DNA of 64,000 nucleotides from Octopus sinensis (lineage: Eukaryota), in NCBI RefSeq assembly GCF_006345805.1, contig NC_043008.1, positions 58,714,001-58,778,000 of the forward strand, read 5' to 3'. The notes below the pieces were generated by a model. It was not told where the DNA came from. It did no database searches and saw only the letters and a list, made by a program, of their open reading frames with translations. Below, piece after piece: positions 62,511-64,000 of this stretch. The position numbers were made by a program, and so were the translations under genes. Within the stretch, counting starts at the first letter, position 1. Each line of letters opens with the position of its first letter.

Positions 62511-64000
62511 ATTTGGTCCGGCATGGTAACGATTCCTCTAGCTGGCCGTCTACTTTAGTATATATTAAGATGTTCAGTTTTCTAGGGATTAACCTTCTAC
62601 TTTTAATGTTTGCTATAATATTTATCTTTTGAAGTCAACTTCCCGCCTATGTTCTCGAAAACAAGTCAATAACATGCACGTAGATATATTTCCTTTTTGT
62701 ACTGGTTTCTAGTAATATAAAAGTGGCAAGACTGATAGACTTCAGAATAAATGTCATAGAGTACTTAGTTATGTCATTCTGTTTGTTAATGAAAATTTTG
62801 ATTTTGTCATTGCCCTATGATCAATGTCTCCGTCCACAAAATCACCAGTAGAAAAATTTCTGTGTGAGGGTAAACATGTCAAAATGGAATACACATAATA
62901 TGGTTCTAAATATACGATGCTTGAAAACAAACTTAAATAATAAATAGATAAATAAATAAGTGAATAAATAAACAAGCTTAATCACGACTAGGTTTACCTT
63001 TGATTCCATTTTATGGCTATAGGATTAGTGTTTTTCATTTCCTCATGAAACCTTTTGATACCAACCAATCTGAGACCGTTCTTGATCTTATGGCACAAAC
63101 TTTGCTTCAAAAGTGATTTAGACTAAAATCTTCCATTAAAATGTCATATAAATTTAAGATCCAAGATAACAGTTAAGTAATGATTATGCTGCGTTTCCTA
63201 AATTCTTCATCATTTTCAAAATCTATTAGTAGCATGACAATATATTTCGACAGAAATATGGTTGTGAAATGATTGAAGTTCACAGCCGTGGATTTAATAA
63301 ATGGTTCGGTTCAAAATTATGAGAAGAGTTACCTAATATGCCAGTCAAAAGAAAGTCAATGTTTATAACAGCTGGAACGCTGTTATAACAACCACGATGA
63401 AAACTCTAGACGGATTATATCGGTGTTTAATAATAATCATTTCCATCTCAGGCACCATACCGGAAAATTGTGGCCAGTTTTATTCCAGTAAATCCCACCT
63501 AGATTACTATATCGACCTGAGAAGGATGGAAAGCAAAGATTAAGTCTGCAGGATTTGAATTCAAAACATAAAGAGCTCCAGGGAATAGTCTACGTCTAAT
63601 GTCTCAGTACCTTACAAGCACTTTATTTTATCGATTCCGTGAAGCTGAGAAAGGACAAATCGACCTGGGTCGATATAACAATAACAAAACTAAATCAGCC
63701 TCAACAATAAGAACAACGATAATGATAATGCTTCTCAGATAATTCCTGCTGCTGTAAAATATGATTACAAACATATATATAATTATATATTTTATTGCTT
63801 CAGATAGTAAAAGTTTATAGTTGGAAAGTATTTAATGAAAGTAATTAATGGTTAGTCAGACAAAATCATAATTAATTATGACAGAATTATTTTTGGGATC
63901 TTTTCGGTTTTTTAAAATAATTTCCACGTAACTAAACACTTTTAAACTTCGTATACTTGTAGAATGTGTTTATAAAACATCTTTTTCTCTTGGCTTTATT

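Overview
AT-rich eukaryotic (animal) DNA, mostly repeats, with a 100-N gap at 60295-60394. I found no intact protein-coding gene, tRNA or rRNA. Most long ORFs in the track are translations of microsatellites or of retroelement fragments. The repeat content (several tRNA-headed SINE families, CR1/RTE/R4/Penelope fragments, very long (TA)n and (TACA)n tracts) looks like an octopod cephalopod genome; this is recalled pattern recognition and is unverified. Main content: about 25 SINE copies (informal labels A, B, C/D, E), a block of three CR1-type LINEs embedded in TA tracts (15.2-26.5 kb), a Penelope GIY-YIG relic, two candidate MITEs and a Helitron-like element. The most interesting signal is ten type I hammerhead-ribozyme motifs from five unrelated short repeat families. 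Three have an intact catalytic core. Four of the five families sit inside or beside an inverted duplication, and one lies downstream of a tRNA-like Pol III head. This suggests a set of non-autonomous, retrozyme-like elements mobilised by Penelope. Several unique segments may be decayed immunoglobulin-superfamily (IgSF) exons (low confidence). All alignments and folds were done by eye.
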